Notes: generated by a model from the letters alone, not told the origin. A stretch of DNA of 64,000 bases from Euryarchaeota archaeon UBA28 (GCA_002501605.1 DANW01000026.1:36871-100870), one strand, 5' to 3'. Counted from the stretch's first letter, positions 35,370 to 45,310 are shown. Program-made: numbers and translations.

Positions 35370-36566
35370 ATGAACCAAGAAGATTTACACTTCAAAGGAG
35401 ACTTCTCCTCCCTGTGGAGGCTGGATGTCATGCCTCCTATTCGCAGACTTTCATGGTGGTGGTGGTGGGCACTGATTCTCATTCCCGATATAGAAAATCC
35501 AGGAAGATCAAAACAACTGATGGTTCTATGGTCTACAAAGGAAACTCCTGCAATAAGGGTGAGTGGACATTGGTGGAAGCCGGGGGGAAGGATGTTCGTG
35601 GATGAGGACGGAGGACATGTAATACCAGGTATGGTCTGTGCATGGTGGTTTGACGGAGAGAAGATGTTTGAACCCCTAGTCAAGAGGGAATGTAGGATGG
35701 CTAGTATCTCGGACACTCACCCACTTTGGCCAGGCGAAGGAAAGGGAGAGGGTGCCGGCGCGGTGGTTCCACTCACTAACGAGGACATGTCCATAGGAAT
35801 GGCACCTGGAAACAAATCATTCTGGATAAACCTCTCGAGTGATGAGGAAGCCATATCCGAGGGGGCCCCTGCCAAATTCGAAGCAAAGCTAACTCCTTGG
35901 TGGGGTCCCCCAAGCGAATTAACTTACAGAAACAATGTATATTTTCTGGGAATGGGGTACGATATACTCAGACTTCAAGCCACAAAATGCAAGCTTTTAG
36001 TGGACGGAGAGGTTATGGAGGGAACAGGATATTTCCAGAAGGTATCAGTGCAGGCCCCATCATTCCCTTGGTTTTGGGGAATGCTACATTTCGATGATGG
36101 TTCATATCTGGACTGGTTCATGCCTCATGTAACGCCGATGTGGTCAGCTCGGGATGATGAGCCATGGAGGTTGAGAGATTTCTTCAGAACCCCAAACATA
36201 GGAACGGGAGTTTTCCATGACCGCAAGACAGGAAAGACCCAGAATTTCAATAACTGCACCGTGGAACTCTCCAAGCAAAATTCTCCTGATGCATTGAAGG
36301 ACGAAGAAGGAAAACCTTTGCCGGAATTTTTGGTAAGGGTATGGAACGAAGAGTCAAGTGCTAAGATAAGAGTGAGGGCAGTCAGCAGGGCCAGATGGGT
36401 TTTTGATCAGCCAACTAGGGCCTCATGGGTCAGTCATCTTACGTACAATGAATACCCATTAGAGGTCATCTCGATTAATTACGAGGACTCAGAGGGGTCG
36501 AGGAATGAGAGTGATTATGAGTGGATCCACGGCAATGCAGAGCATGCATGGGGAGTTCTTCATTAG
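35370..36566 (+). CDS. Hypothetical protein, possibly tocopherol-cyclase / AttH-CrtC-like beta-barrel
   Basis: Carries an LSWWWWWALILIPD strand. GTGYFQKVSVQAPSFPWFWGMLHF loosely resembles the G.aY.EKNWG.sFP..W.W..cN.F motif of tocopherol cyclases. This is remote similarity only. Confidence 0.55.
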   Translation: MNQEDLHFKGDFSSLWRLDVMPPIRRLSWWWWWALILIPDIENPGRSKQLMVLWSTKETPAIRVSGHWWKPGGRMFVDEDGGHVIPGMVCAWWFDGEKMFEPLVKRECRMASISDTHPLWPGEGKGEGAGAVVPLTNEDMSIGMAPGNKSFWINLSSDEEAISEGAPAKFEAKLTPWWGPPSELTYRNNVYFLGMGYDILRLQATKCKLLVDGEVMEGTGYFQKVSVQAPSFPWFWGMLHFDDGSYLDWFMPHVTPMWSARDDEPWRLRDFFRTPNIGTGVFHDRKTGKTQNFNNCTVELSKQNSPDALKDEEGKPLPEFLVRVWNEESSAKIRVRAVSRARWVFDQPTRASWVSHLTYNEYPLEVISINYEDSEGSRNESDYEWIHGNAEHAWGVLH

Positions 36567-36574
36567 GTGATAGA

Positions 36575-37468
36575 ATGGAAGATATAATCAATAATTATAG
36601 ATCGCAAATAAATATCCAAGAAGTCAAAAAAAGGTTTCCTGAAATGACAGAATCGGAGACCCCGGTGTGGCATGGGGGGCCAGCAATGATGTCCATGGTT
36701 GGAAAATACGCTCTCTCAATATTGGTGCTACTGGTGCATATGGTTTTCTTTTGGGCGGCTAAATTCGAAGATGTAGAAGGGGAAGGCAATCTAAATTTGG
36801 TGGTTGGACTAGCTAAAGTAATTCTCGATGTGTCAGGTGTTTTCGGATTTGTCATTGTTATGATGCTTATAGCCAAAATCAACCACTTCTTGAATACCTC
36901 AACATCAGGGGGATGGACCACATCTTGGCTTGTCATCAATGGCTTAATCCCCTTTACAATAGTCATATTGGACTGGGGCGGGAAGCTAGTTGGCAATTTT
37001 ACCGATGGCGTTCCGGATACGCCAATGTGGCTAGATTGGTATTACCCTCTTCTAGGAGTACTTTCTGCATCTTTCTCCGTGGCAATCACCACTCACTATA
37101 GAAACTCATTCCAGTACGCAATCACCGACAAGAGAGTCCATCTCAGGAAGAAGTTCTTGTATTTCGATTCAAGCACATTGGGAATACCCTTTGAGAAGGT
37201 TGAGAATCTCAAAGTCGAGCCTTCTGTGATAGGCAGAATCTTTGGCTTTGGTAACATCCACGTCATCACTGATGGCATTCAGTCGGAAGCAAATATCGAA
37301 GACAAATCGAGAGGAACCCCTTCTTTCCCACTATCTTTCCTACTTGGATGGATTTTAATTCAAAGAAAAAAATCTGCTTCTACGGAAGATCCGAGTCAAT
37401 GCCTATTCTGTATTAAGGACCCCATGTCGGTTTACAGCTTAATCAATGAGCTGATTGACAATTCATAG
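36575..37468 (+). CDS. Multi-pass membrane protein with C-terminal bPH_2 (PH) domain
   Basis: 4 TM helices, then FQYAITDKRVHLRKKFLYFDSSTLGIPFEKVENLKVEPSVIGRIFGFGNIHVIT. Start moved to ATG 36575, 8 nt after the previous stop. Confidence 0.6.
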   Translation: MEDIINNYRSQINIQEVKKRFPEMTESETPVWHGGPAMMSMVGKYALSILVLLVHMVFFWAAKFEDVEGEGNLNLVVGLAKVILDVSGVFGFVIVMMLIAKINHFLNTSTSGGWTTSWLVINGLIPFTIVILDWGGKLVGNFTDGVPDTPMWLDWYYPLLGVLSASFSVAITTHYRNSFQYAITDKRVHLRKKFLYFDSSTLGIPFEKVENLKVEPSVIGRIFGFGNIHVITDGIQSEANIEDKSRGTPSFPLSFLLGWILIQRKKSASTEDPSQCLFCIKDPMSVYSLINELIDNS

Positions 37469-37524
37469 TTGCCATCCGCACCGTTCTTAACTGCATGGCG
37501 TCCGATTAAGTCCGAGGGGAGCCA

Positions 37525-38070
37525 ATGACGGACGACCAGATAACACAAGCAGCCCAGTTAATAGCCCAAGGAGATTTCATGGAAGCGATGAGAATATTCG
37601 AGAGTTTCATAGAGTCCAACCCAGATGATCCCGCAGGATACCACGGATGGGCCGAAGCAGCCCTATTCGAGATCCAAGTGAATGGAAACTTTGACGAAAA
37701 AGGAAATGATAGGATAAATGAGGGGCAGGTTGCCGCATACTACAGACGAGCATCATCGATGGATCCAGAAAACCCAGAATATTTGGCGTCCCACGCCAAG
37801 GCGTTACTAGAATTCGACAGAATATCGATGTCTGTGCGTGAATTCAGGAAGCTAAAGGATCTCGGGGATAAACTAGATGACTTGGATGTTTCCTCGCATT
37901 TTTATGAGGCCGCCAAGACCCTAATAGATCTAATAGACCTAAAAACAGAATTTGATAGAAGTAATCCGAATGCAAGACAGTTCATACCAATTGCCCTTGA
38001 ATTTGCTATGCTAGGACTAGGATTTTCATCTGTGGATGAAGCCATGGAGTATCTAGTATCAGAGGATTGA
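37525..38070 (+). CDS. Hypothetical TPR-like helical repeat protein
   Basis: 181 aa, all-helical, with TPR-like repeats (AQGDFMEAMRIFESFIESNPDDPAGYHGWAEA; YYRRASSMDPENPEYLASHAKAL). Confidence 0.55.
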   Translation: MTDDQITQAAQLIAQGDFMEAMRIFESFIESNPDDPAGYHGWAEAALFEIQVNGNFDEKGNDRINEGQVAAYYRRASSMDPENPEYLASHAKALLEFDRISMSVREFRKLKDLGDKLDDLDVSSHFYEAAKTLIDLIDLKTEFDRSNPNARQFIPIALEFAMLGLGFSSVDEAMEYLVSED

Positions 38071-38966
38071 AGGAGGCATTTTCTCTGACTAGCGACTGTT
38101 TCCTAGTCGCGATAGGTTATCATGGGGAAAATTTCCATGGCTCGCAAATTCAGCCCAGTGTCAGGACGGTCCAGGGTGCCCTGATTGATGCCCTCAAAGA
38201 AATCGGTTGGTGGTCCAAGGGTTGTCTTTGGATATTTAGTCGGACCGACTCTGGAGTAAGTGTGAGGATGAATCTGATAAGACTTGATTTACCCGACAGG
38301 ATTACCAACTCAATCAAAGGGTCTTCGGTGATTACAGCCCTTAACGACCGCCTACCGGATGATATTGTGGCTTGGGGAGCAAGAAAGGTCCCTTCAACCA
38401 CATCATCGAGACCAATCATTTCAAGAAAATACTTCTACAGGTGCGAGGTGATGAAGAACTGGCCTCAGGATGTTAATCTTGACATCCTTGAGGAGGCGTG
38501 TAAACTATTTATTGGCACACACAATTTTACCAATCTTTGCAGGCTCGAAGAAGGAAAAAATCCAGTGAGGAGTGTGGTTAATTGTGAACCATGGCTGAAT
38601 CACGACGGAAGGCCAATCGGAATTTCCGTTACAGCAGAATCATTCCTTTGGAATCAAGTTAGAAGAATGGCCTCTGCCATCACAGGGGTAGTTTCTGGAG
38701 AACTTGAACTTGAATTAGTTGCCAATGCTTTGAAAAATCCCCAAACTCCTATCGATATGGGGATGGGGACATCAAGAGGTCTGATACTTTGGGAGATAGA
38801 GCACGTCTCCCTAGGAGGGCTCGGAACGGGGGCGACTCCTGATACCAGAATTTTCTCAAAACCACCACTATCGACCCGGCATCACAAAACTTGGATGAGT
38901 CTGAGCTCCTTGGAAATGTCCACAATGATTAATTCAGAATGGATTAGAGAGATCGGTCTACCCTAA
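38067..38966 (+). CDS. truA: tRNA pseudouridine(38-40) synthase
   Basis: IGYHGENFHGSQIQP and the catalytic SRTDSGVSV motif, with FLWNQVRRM near the C-terminus. TTG start overlaps the previous stop. Confidence 0.8.
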   Translation: MKEAFSLTSDCFLVAIGYHGENFHGSQIQPSVRTVQGALIDALKEIGWWSKGCLWIFSRTDSGVSVRMNLIRLDLPDRITNSIKGSSVITALNDRLPDDIVAWGARKVPSTTSSRPIISRKYFYRCEVMKNWPQDVNLDILEEACKLFIGTHNFTNLCRLEEGKNPVRSVVNCEPWLNHDGRPIGISVTAESFLWNQVRRMASAITGVVSGELELELVANALKNPQTPIDMGMGTSRGLILWEIEHVSLGGLGTGATPDTRIFSKPPLSTRHHKTWMSLSSLEMSTMINSEWIREIGLP

Positions 38967-39387
38967 TCCAGACCTCATCGCCATCAATGCAGGGAAGATC
39001 TTCTCTGAGGAAAGTGTTTGAAATTATTTCTGCCGTTTCGGTGTGCCTGGTTAAGTCTGGTATTAGCAGTGCGCATCTAATCCACGTCTTGGAATCAACG
39101 GAAATATTTGCCAGAAATGCTGTAGCCCCTCCAAACGACTTACCATCTCTTTCAAATCCCTGAATTCTGATTGGATTAAGGCCGACAATTTGCGTTCCTC
39201 GATCCAATCCTGAAGCCACTCTTAGCTTCCTGTAAGGATTCAGACTTTCACTCTCTAGGTTGACATTTAGAGTCCCCGGCCATGCACTTGACCCTAGTAC
39301 CTCTTTGAACTGCTCTTGATAATGTGGTTGTGCCATGAAAACATGTGCCCTACCAAGGCCACTAGATACCGCACCATGCAGTAGCAT
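38944..39387 (-). CDS. ribK: CTP-dependent riboflavin kinase (archaeal type)
   Basis: GLGRAHVFMAQPHYQEQFKEVLGSSAWPGTLNVNLE, the archaeal RibK G.G.....Y..qf...lG..pyPGTLN motif. No N-terminal HTH domain. Confidence 0.75.
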   Translation of the reverse strand: MLLHGAVSSGLGRAHVFMAQPHYQEQFKEVLGSSAWPGTLNVNLESESLNPYRKLRVASGLDRGTQIVGLNPIRIQGFERDGKSFGGATAFLANISVDSKTWIRCALLIPDLTRHTETAEIISNTFLREDLPCIDGDEVWIRVDRSL

Positions 39388-39429
39388 GCCCTTTCCTCAT
39401 GCACATCCCTGATAAGGTTCCGCTTCAAG

Positions 39430-40314
39430 TCATAGATAGAAGACACTGCCCTCTTTGCAAATTTCCCAGCCCATCGATACTAACTTCTCCGATTGTAAAC
39501 TCCGCTCGTCAAATAGAGGGTTGGTATGGTTGAGATGGGTGAAATGTATCTCAGGGTCCTTGTCACCCTTTATTCCTAGTCTTCTCAAAGTCTCGGTTAC
39601 AGTGGGATGAGGAATCTCCGTAACATCTCTATTGGAAATCTCACTGTAGTCCCAAAATGTCCCATCAATCAGTGCAATATCAATATCCATTTGCCTAAGC
39701 CACTGTAATATATCTACGTCTCCAACCAGGGTCTCTGACCAAGAGTCTTGATCTGGCATGAATAGCAGGCTTCTTGTGCCTCCCCTGATTATCAAGGCGT
39801 GGTTATCAGAAAGCTCAGACCTGTGTGGGACGGGGATAGGTGTGATCGTAAATCCACAACCTTCCGATGGTTCAAAGGGCCCCGTGGAATTCCAGATAAC
39901 CAACTCGATTACTCCTTGATCAATCATAATTTCCCACGACGGTGTTTTCTGGATTAGTGCACTCATTGACTCGCTACAATGGACTTTAATTCCGCTGAGT
40001 CCCATCACCTCCCTGCCAAGTAGGCCGAGTCCGTCAATGTGGCCAAGATGAGCATGGGTCAGGGAAAAGCTGGAAGGGGGCCAATCTAGATTTCCCAAAG
40101 AAGACCAGAGACCGAATTGCTCCGACATCATTCTACTGGCTTCAATCATGTGGGTCGACCCATCTGTGCCTTTCAATCCTAATGAGACTGGCATCCTAGA
40201 TAGTGTCGGGTCATCTCTGGCTTTCGCACAGCAGTCCTTCAAGCATCCAACTTGTGGATATCCACCGTCCTGAGCAATCCCAAGTACAGTGACCTCCACG
40301 GATACACCAGTCAT
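39430..40314 (-). CDS. Metallo-beta-lactamase fold hydrolase (PqqB-like)
   Basis: LTHAHLGHIDGL (HxHxDH-type motif) in a PqqB-like arrangement, and a conserved C-terminal HFTHLNHTNP. Confidence 0.75.
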   Translation of the reverse strand: MTGVSVEVTVLGIAQDGGYPQVGCLKDCCAKARDDPTLSRMPVSLGLKGTDGSTHMIEASRMMSEQFGLWSSLGNLDWPPSSFSLTHAHLGHIDGLGLLGREVMGLSGIKVHCSESMSALIQKTPSWEIMIDQGVIELVIWNSTGPFEPSEGCGFTITPIPVPHRSELSDNHALIIRGGTRSLLFMPDQDSWSETLVGDVDILQWLRQMDIDIALIDGTFWDYSEISNRDVTEIPHPTVTETLRRLGIKGDKDPEIHFTHLNHTNPLFDERSLQSEKLVSMGWEICKEGSVFYL

Positions 40315-40388
40315 GACTTCGGATAGAGCACTAGGAAATGAAGAACTCGCTCCGATGGAGCCATGTACCCCCTACCTAATCGGGACCC

Positions 40389-41567
40389 ATGGCGGCCGAC
40401 CTGTCATGGATGTCCGATAGGCTAGATGAATTGAAATCACAGGATTTGGAATGGAGCCCACCGGTATTGGAATCCGCGAGTGGACCTCATTGCAAAGTTG
40501 GTGGAAGAGATATGATCATGCTCTCTGCTAATAACTATCTGAATCTGACTACTCATCCTAAAGTAGTCGAGGCGGCTTTGCAGGCAACAAGGAAATATGG
40601 TGCTGGATCAGGTTCAGTAAGAGCAATAGCTGGGACACTGGATATCCACCTAGAGGCTGAGAGGAAAGCGGCAGAATTCAAGGAAGTAGAGGCCTCCCTG
40701 ATTTATTCAGCGGGTTACACAGCAAATGTTGGCCTTATACCGACACTGGTTAGGGGGAAGCAGGATGTAATAATTTCAGACGAACTCAACCACGGCTCTA
40801 TTATTGATGGAGTCAGGCTCACTAAGGCAAGTAGATCAGTATACCCACACAATGACATTAGTGCCCTTGAAAGTACACTTTCACAAAATAAGGACGCAGA
40901 GAGAATACTAATCATTACTGATGGTGTATTCAGCATGGATGGCGACATAGCACCACTCGATCAGATAACAGACGTAGCAGAGGATTATGGAGCTATGATA
41001 ATGGTCGACGATTGTCATGGTGAGGGAGTTCTAGGAGACGGTAAGGGAATAGTAGCCCATTTCGGACTCCAAGGTCGGGTAGACTTTGAATTGGGCTCAT
41101 ACTCCAAGGCTATGGGGGTCCAAGGAGGAATATTGGCCGGATCAGATTTAGTGAGGAGATACGCACTAAACCACAGTCGTTCATGGCTACTCTCCGGAAG
41201 CCAACCACCAGGAGTAGCGGCATCTCAGAAGGCGGCAGTCGAAGTTCTAATGGATGAACCCGAACATGTCAGGAATCTCTGGAAAAACACGAACTACTTC
41301 AGAACCGAGCTACAATCCATTGGATTCGATACAGGGTTATCGGAAACTCCAATCATACCGGTTATGTGTGGCGAAAGTAAGGTGGCCAAGGATCTCTCTT
41401 CGATGCTATCCAGAAGTGGAATTTTGGTTGGGGCGATAGTCTTCCCAATGGTGTCTAGGGATAAGGCTAGGGTGAGAACACAAATGTCATCCGGACTCAC
41501 AAGGGATGACTTGGACAAAGTCCTATCTGAGTTTGAGAGATGTGGTAAAGAATTGGGTTTGATTTGA
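40389..41567 (+). CDS. PLP-dependent alpha-oxoamine synthase (2-amino-3-ketobutyrate CoA ligase / 8-amino-7-oxononanoate synthase family)
   Basis: NNYLNL, SDELNHGSIIDG, DDCHGEGVLG, and the lysine motif GSYSKAMG. Confidence 0.85.
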   Translation: MAADLSWMSDRLDELKSQDLEWSPPVLESASGPHCKVGGRDMIMLSANNYLNLTTHPKVVEAALQATRKYGAGSGSVRAIAGTLDIHLEAERKAAEFKEVEASLIYSAGYTANVGLIPTLVRGKQDVIISDELNHGSIIDGVRLTKASRSVYPHNDISALESTLSQNKDAERILIITDGVFSMDGDIAPLDQITDVAEDYGAMIMVDDCHGEGVLGDGKGIVAHFGLQGRVDFELGSYSKAMGVQGGILAGSDLVRRYALNHSRSWLLSGSQPPGVAASQKAAVEVLMDEPEHVRNLWKNTNYFRTELQSIGFDTGLSETPIIPVMCGESKVAKDLSSMLSRSGILVGAIVFPMVSRDKARVRTQMSSGLTRDDLDKVLSEFERCGKELGLI

Positions 41568-41577
41568 GGTAGAAAGA

Positions 41578-42021
41578 ATGGCGGCAATAGAATCAGATAT
41601 TGGAGAATTGGATTGGGCAGTATCCACTGATATAACGGTAAACTGGGGAGATATGGATTCTTTGGGACATGTAAACCATTCTGTTTTCGCGAAATGGATG
41701 GAAACCGCTAGAATGAGATTTTTCTCCAAAATAGGCATGATGGATCTCTATGAAAGTTCTAACATCGGCCCGATATTAGCGAGAATACAGGTAGATTACA
41801 AGGCTCCAGTACTCTTCCCCGACGTCGTCAACTGTAAGACATTGGTTTCTAAAATTGGTAGGAGCTCTTTCGATATGAGGTACGTTATCCATAGTTCAAA
41901 TCAAAAAAATGATATTGTAGCCGTCGGAAAGGTCGTATGCGTTTTGATAGATTATAAATCTGGAAAGCCTGTTGAGATTCCCGATACATTAAGGAGATCG
42001 ATGCTGGGTATCGAGGAATAA
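41578..42021 (+). CDS. Acyl-CoA thioesterase, 4HBT/YbgC hot-dog fold
   Basis: VNWGDMDSLGHVNHSVFAKWMETAR is the typical YbgC-type catalytic Asp/His segment. Confidence 0.75.
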   Translation: MAAIESDIGELDWAVSTDITVNWGDMDSLGHVNHSVFAKWMETARMRFFSKIGMMDLYESSNIGPILARIQVDYKAPVLFPDVVNCKTLVSKIGRSSFDMRYVIHSSNQKNDIVAVGKVVCVLIDYKSGKPVEIPDTLRRSMLGIEE

Positions 42022-42035
42022 AATCGATATTTATC

Positions 42036-42668
42036 CTAGATTATTCCCACGACTTCATCTAATTCTTCGTCTTCTGGATTGCTAAGTCCAGAGTTGCTTC
42101 CATAAATTGTCTTCCCCATTCCCTCGAAAGGATCTAGCCCTCTATCTATTCTTTCTATAATTCTCCATCTTGGAGCATAGGAAAGATGTACCCAAAGTGG
42201 ACCCGGAAGGATATAGAGAAACCATCCAAACTCTAGAAAAAACTGTCCTCCAAATCCATAAATGATGGATACAGAAACCATCGAAAGACCCATGAAAGGA
42301 AATACGAAGAGTATTTTCTTCCAGTTCTGCAGTCTCGCAGGGGGCCTCTTAATCAAGATCGAAGTAATGATTGAGAAAGCTCCTAATATTGATGTTATTG
42401 ATATTATAATAACAGATTGGAGCCCCCAATCTCTCGCAAGCTCGAGAAAACCATTCTGAGTATTATCATGGTATATAGGTAATATCAGTGCTATTGAAAT
42501 CATCAATCCATAACATCCACCAACAAAAACAGGATGACTGAGAGTCAATGATTCTCTCAGAAAGAAATTACTTACAGTTCCACCTCTGAGCATGTGCTCA
42601 TGCTCGTTGTCCATGGATCTGACCACTTCTTGCCATCCATCCATGGGTCGTCGGCCGTGTCGATTCAA
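42036..42668 (-). CDS. Hypothetical integral membrane protein
   Basis: 210 aa with 4-5 TM helices. TTG start; alternative ATG at 42644. Confidence 0.5.
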   Translation of the reverse strand: MNRHGRRPMDGWQEVVRSMDNEHEHMLRGGTVSNFFLRESLTLSHPVFVGGCYGLMISIALILPIYHDNTQNGFLELARDWGLQSVIIISITSILGAFSIITSILIKRPPARLQNWKKILFVFPFMGLSMVSVSIIYGFGGQFFLEFGWFLYILPGPLWVHLSYAPRWRIIERIDRGLDPFEGMGKTIYGSNSGLSNPEDEELDEVVGII

Positions 42669-42803
42669 TTATCATCATTGGGGTCTTTTCTTACAATTTT
42701 CATAATTTAGCCGGAAAATAAGTATTATTCGTTTTCCATATTTTCATGCTAAAAAACGGAGACATTATCATCTCTTCACTCGTCCCCCGTTCCCGGTGCC
42801 TAT

Positions 42804-43976
42804 ATGGAAGAGGATGAGGTATTATTCAGTGTGAGGGAATCAAACCTTGATAGTGGCCTCAGAGGGATGCCAGTAGGAACTTGCGAAACATCCTATGTTG
42901 ACCCACTCAAAGGCGTTCATTACGTTGGATATCCAGTGGAGGATTTGGTTAATCTTGAGGAAGAAGACGTGGTCTTTCTGTTGCTGAATAAAGAACTCCC
43001 GACCCCGGAGCAGTCTGAGAAATTCAGAGCAGAACTCGCTCTTAGAGGGGAAACACTACCAACAGGGGCGTTGAGAGTCTTGGAATCACTCACGCCAGGA
43101 AGTGGGCATCCGATGGACTGGCTCGCCATTGGGATTATGGCTCTCGGGACAGCTGAGCAAACAGGAGATCCAAAGTCAGATTCGATGAACTTAATTGCAA
43201 GAATGCCGGAACTAATGGCCCGTGTATTCTTACTTAGAGGTGGCAAGAAGGAACAGCTTAGACCCAGAAAACCAGAGCTTGGACTTGTCGAGAACTTTGT
43301 CCATATGCTCGGAATTGATGGTGAAGAAGCTGAAAGGATGTGTAGAGTGCTGAGATTCTTTTTCATATTGCACATGGATCATGGGGGAGGCAATCTTTCC
43401 ACGTTCACTGGGAAAGCTGTTGCTTCAGGAAGGGCGTCTGTGTATGCCTCAATGGCCAGTGCGATGAATGCCCTGTCCGGGCCATTACATGGTAGGGCAA
43501 ATCAGGCTGTTTTGGAATTTATACAACGTATAGGGACATCCGATAGAGATGAAATAGAATCATTCGTAAATGCAGAGATAGATTCTAGAAGGCCAATTTA
43601 TGGATTTGGACATGGCGTTCTAAGGGCGGAAGATCCACGAGCGAGGCTCCTGATAGGCCTCGGAGATGAGATTTGTCCTGATAGTGAACTATACAAGATT
43701 GTCAAAGTCTTACGTGAAATCACTCCTGATATTCTAAAGGAAAGACTTCCGAAGATAAGAAATCCATATCCAAATGTAGATCTAGGAAGTGGAATGCTAC
43801 TTCATTCCGTAGGTTTCAGGAAGCCAGATTACTACACCACATTCTTCGGATGGGCAAGAGTGGCTGGAATATGCGCACAGATATTGGATGAGAGAAACTC
43901 AAGAGATGGCAGGGGGACCCCTATTTACAGGCCTAAGTACGTTCCAAAGAACCAGCCATTTAGGAGATTAGACTAG
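42804..43976 (+). CDS. gltA: Citrate synthase
   Basis: LHMDHGGGNLST and GFGHGVLRAEDPRA citrate-synthase signatures. Confidence 0.9.
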   Translation: MEEDEVLFSVRESNLDSGLRGMPVGTCETSYVDPLKGVHYVGYPVEDLVNLEEEDVVFLLLNKELPTPEQSEKFRAELALRGETLPTGALRVLESLTPGSGHPMDWLAIGIMALGTAEQTGDPKSDSMNLIARMPELMARVFLLRGGKKEQLRPRKPELGLVENFVHMLGIDGEEAERMCRVLRFFFILHMDHGGGNLSTFTGKAVASGRASVYASMASAMNALSGPLHGRANQAVLEFIQRIGTSDRDEIESFVNAEIDSRRPIYGFGHGVLRAEDPRARLLIGLGDEICPDSELYKIVKVLREITPDILKERLPKIRNPYPNVDLGSGMLLHSVGFRKPDYYTTFFGWARVAGICAQILDERNSRDGRGTPIYRPKYVPKNQPFRRLD

Positions 43977-45310
43977 TCACCTCTTACAGAAGCCAGAGCA
44001 TCTTCAACAGCTGCCATGGTTATCCTGTCCCCACTTTCCCTCACAATCTTTGCGACCTCCTCTACCTCACTACCCTCGGCTCCTGCGGCTGCAACCATAT
44101 TCATGAGATGCAATTTCATGTGTCCAGCTTGGATACCTACAGTCGCCAAGGCCCTTAGAGCTCCAAGATTTTGAGCCAAACCAGCCGCTGCCATGACTTT
44201 TGCAAGATCGTCAGCAGTCCTCAGTCCCAATAGGGCCACGTTAGCTTGGGCACCTGGGTGTATCCTAACTGCGCCCCCAACTAGTCCAACTGCCATTGGT
44301 ATTTCTATTGAGCCGACCAAGTTCCCCTCACTGTCCTTTTCCCAATGAGTCATTGATCCATATTCTCTTCTATAAGATGCGTATGAATGAGCACCAGACT
44401 CTATTGCTCGCCAATCTTGTCCACATGCTATTGCTATTGGGGAGATTGCATTCATTATTCCCTTATTGTGTGTTGTTGCCCTGAATGGATCTGCAGCCGC
44501 GAAGTGATACGCTTGAACAACTCCATCGATGACATTCAATCCGCCTTCCCTATCTAAACCATTATCGGACATTTCTTCTGGAGTGAATACTGCACTTACT
44601 TTTGCTAATCGATGAACAGCTAAGTTACTTATTATTCTCAGAATCACAGTCCCTGTGCTCAGCTCTTGTATCCTTGGAGCTATGGTTTCTGCCATTGTAT
44701 TGACCGCATTTGCCCCCATCGCATCTCTGCAATCAACCAAAATATGTACGATAACCATGGGCCCAGAGCCCGTCTCAATAATCCGGGCCTCGACGCCTTT
44801 GCATCCACCTCCAAATTTAACGAGTATGGGATCTACTTCATTGCATGCCTCAATCAGTTCACTCTCAGCTGAAAGTATAGCCATCTTGGCGGCCTCTGGA
44901 TCTTCACAACCCACAACTTGAATCTGTCCTATCATAACCGGCTCATCATTGTCAGAAACAAAACCTCCCTTGGAATGACACCTTTTCGCCATGTTAGAGG
45001 CCGCGGCCACAACACTCGCCTCTTCGACTACAAATGGAATTAGGTAATGCTCACCATCAATAATGAAATTTGTTGCAACTCCAATAGGGAGAGAATAAGT
45101 TCCGATCACATTTTCAATCATCCTGTCAGCAACTTCCTCTGAGAGCTCACCAACCGAGGCCCATGCACCCACCATCTCATCATCTAGTCCCGCTATATCT
45201 GCTAGCAAGCTCCTCCTCTCTGGGACAGATAGTTTGTAAAATCCTTTCAATCGACTGCTATCAACTGGCATGTTATCATGTCTCTTAGGCAGAAACACCC
45301 TTCTGTACAT
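43973..45310 (-). CDS. hmgA: Hydroxymethylglutaryl-CoA reductase, class II
   Basis: Near-collinear with my recollection of Pseudomonas mevalonii HMGR: SRLKGFYKLS, IENVIGTYSLP, VVEEASVVAAAS, DAMGANAVNTMAE, ATHNKGIMN, GLVGGA, and ALATVGIQAGHMKLH. Alternative start at 45271. Confidence 0.92.
   Translation of the reverse strand: MYRRVFLPKRHDNMPVDSSRLKGFYKLSVPERRSLLADIAGLDDEMVGAWASVGELSEEVADRMIENVIGTYSLPIGVATNFIIDGEHYLIPFVVEEASVVAAASNMAKRCHSKGGFVSDNDEPVMIGQIQVVGCEDPEAAKMAILSAESELIEACNEVDPILVKFGGGCKGVEARIIETGSGPMVIVHILVDCRDAMGANAVNTMAETIAPRIQELSTGTVILRIISNLAVHRLAKVSAVFTPEEMSDNGLDREGGLNVIDGVVQAYHFAAADPFRATTHNKGIMNAISPIAIACGQDWRAIESGAHSYASYRREYGSMTHWEKDSEGNLVGSIEIPMAVGLVGGAVRIHPGAQANVALLGLRTADDLAKVMAAAGLAQNLGALRALATVGIQAGHMKLHLMNMVAAAGAEGSEVEEVAKIVRESGDRITMAAVEDALASVRGD

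Noticed and set aside
42713-42737. Inverted repeat GGAAAA-N13-TTTTCC in the 42669-42803 divergent gap upstream of citrate synthase.
   Set aside because: The arms are A/T-rich 6-mers in an AT-rich promoter region and are indistinguishable from chance.
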